DNA of 32,000 nucleotides from Cupriavidus necator (GTDB lineage Bacteria; Pseudomonadota; Gammaproteobacteria; Burkholderiales; Burkholderiaceae): NCBI RefSeq assembly GCF_016127575.1, contig NZ_CP066020.1, positions 390,001 to 422,000 of the forward strand, read 5' to 3'. Shown piece by piece: positions 31,861 to 32,000 of this stretch (position 1 is its first letter; each line of letters starts with the position of its first letter). The notes under the pieces were generated by a model. It saw only the letters and a program-made list of their open reading frames with translations, ran no database searches and was not told where the DNA came from. The position numbers and the translations under genes were made by a program.

Positions 31861-32000
31861 GTGGTGACCTTTTCCGCATAGCGATGCGTACAATTTTGGT
31901 GACTTTGCCCGGGTAAGGTCGCTAGTAGAAGAACTCCGCTGCGGGCCCGACGCTAATCTGCAGAACCACAAAACAGTGAATTCGTACAATTGATGGTGAC
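31861..32000 (-). repeat. Further iteron copies in the opposite orientation, continuing to the window edge
   Basis: GTGGTGACCTTTT (31861-), GTACAATTTTGGTGACTTTG (31889-31908) and GTACAATTGATGGTGAC (31984-32000) are reverse complements of the iteron. One direct copy, GTAAGGTCGCTAG, lies at 31913. Confidence 0.65.

Noticed and set aside
31242-32000. Possibility that the roughly 20-bp repeats are a CRISPR array
   Set aside because: The repeats are imperfect, and some are directly contiguous with no spacer. Spacing is irregular (21-76 bp) and both orientations occur. They also adjoin a Rep_3 initiator, and there are no cas genes. These are iterons, not CRISPR repeats.

Overview
This window looks like the backbone of a GC-rich (low-to-mid 60s % by eye) proteobacterial conjugative plasmid or ICE, probably Burkholderiales-like. 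Family names below come from motifs I recognise in the ORF translations, since no database search was possible.

- **Leftward operon (13893 to 1, minus strand):** a tightly packed, translationally coupled operon. It starts with virB8-virB9-virB10 and a VirB1-like transglycosylase. It then runs without a break into a complete R64-type type IVb thin-pilus set: an unusual 422-aa periplasmic protein, a second transglycosylase, a TcpQ/PilL-like protein, PilN secretin, PilP-like, PilO-like, PilQ ATPase, PilR platform, two tandem PilS pilin paralogs, and a partial PilV/PilM-like gene at the left edge.
- **Rightward operon (from the 378-bp control region 13894-14271, plus strand):** virB11-virB2-virB3-virB4-virB5/trbJ-virB6/trbL, followed directly by an SXT/IncC-like (MOB_H-style) DNA-processing set. 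That set comprises a short TraI_2-like protein, a TraD-type coupling ATPase, two small unknowns, a TraJ/DUF4400-like membrane protein and an AcaB/DUF1845-like protein. A UvrD-like helicase follows.
- **Right end (about 27.6-32 kb):** GC content drops to roughly 50% here, except across the wHTH gene (27958-29148), which stays about 60%. The region carries a 396-aa winged-helix protein, a Rep_3-type replication initiator on the minus strand, and an unusually long field of about 20-bp iterons in both orientations that runs off the window.

**Most interesting points:**
- The physical and translational fusion of T4SS core genes to type IVb pilus genes.
- The hybrid protein with two VirB9-C-terminal-like domains around a TcpQ-like domain at that junction, with no VirB7 found.
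- The chimeric MPF_T + MOB_H architecture with a short TraI-like protein.
- The diverged tandem pilins with a 3-residue leader.
- The extended iteron field.

No rRNA, tRNA, CRISPR array, transposase or integrase was found.
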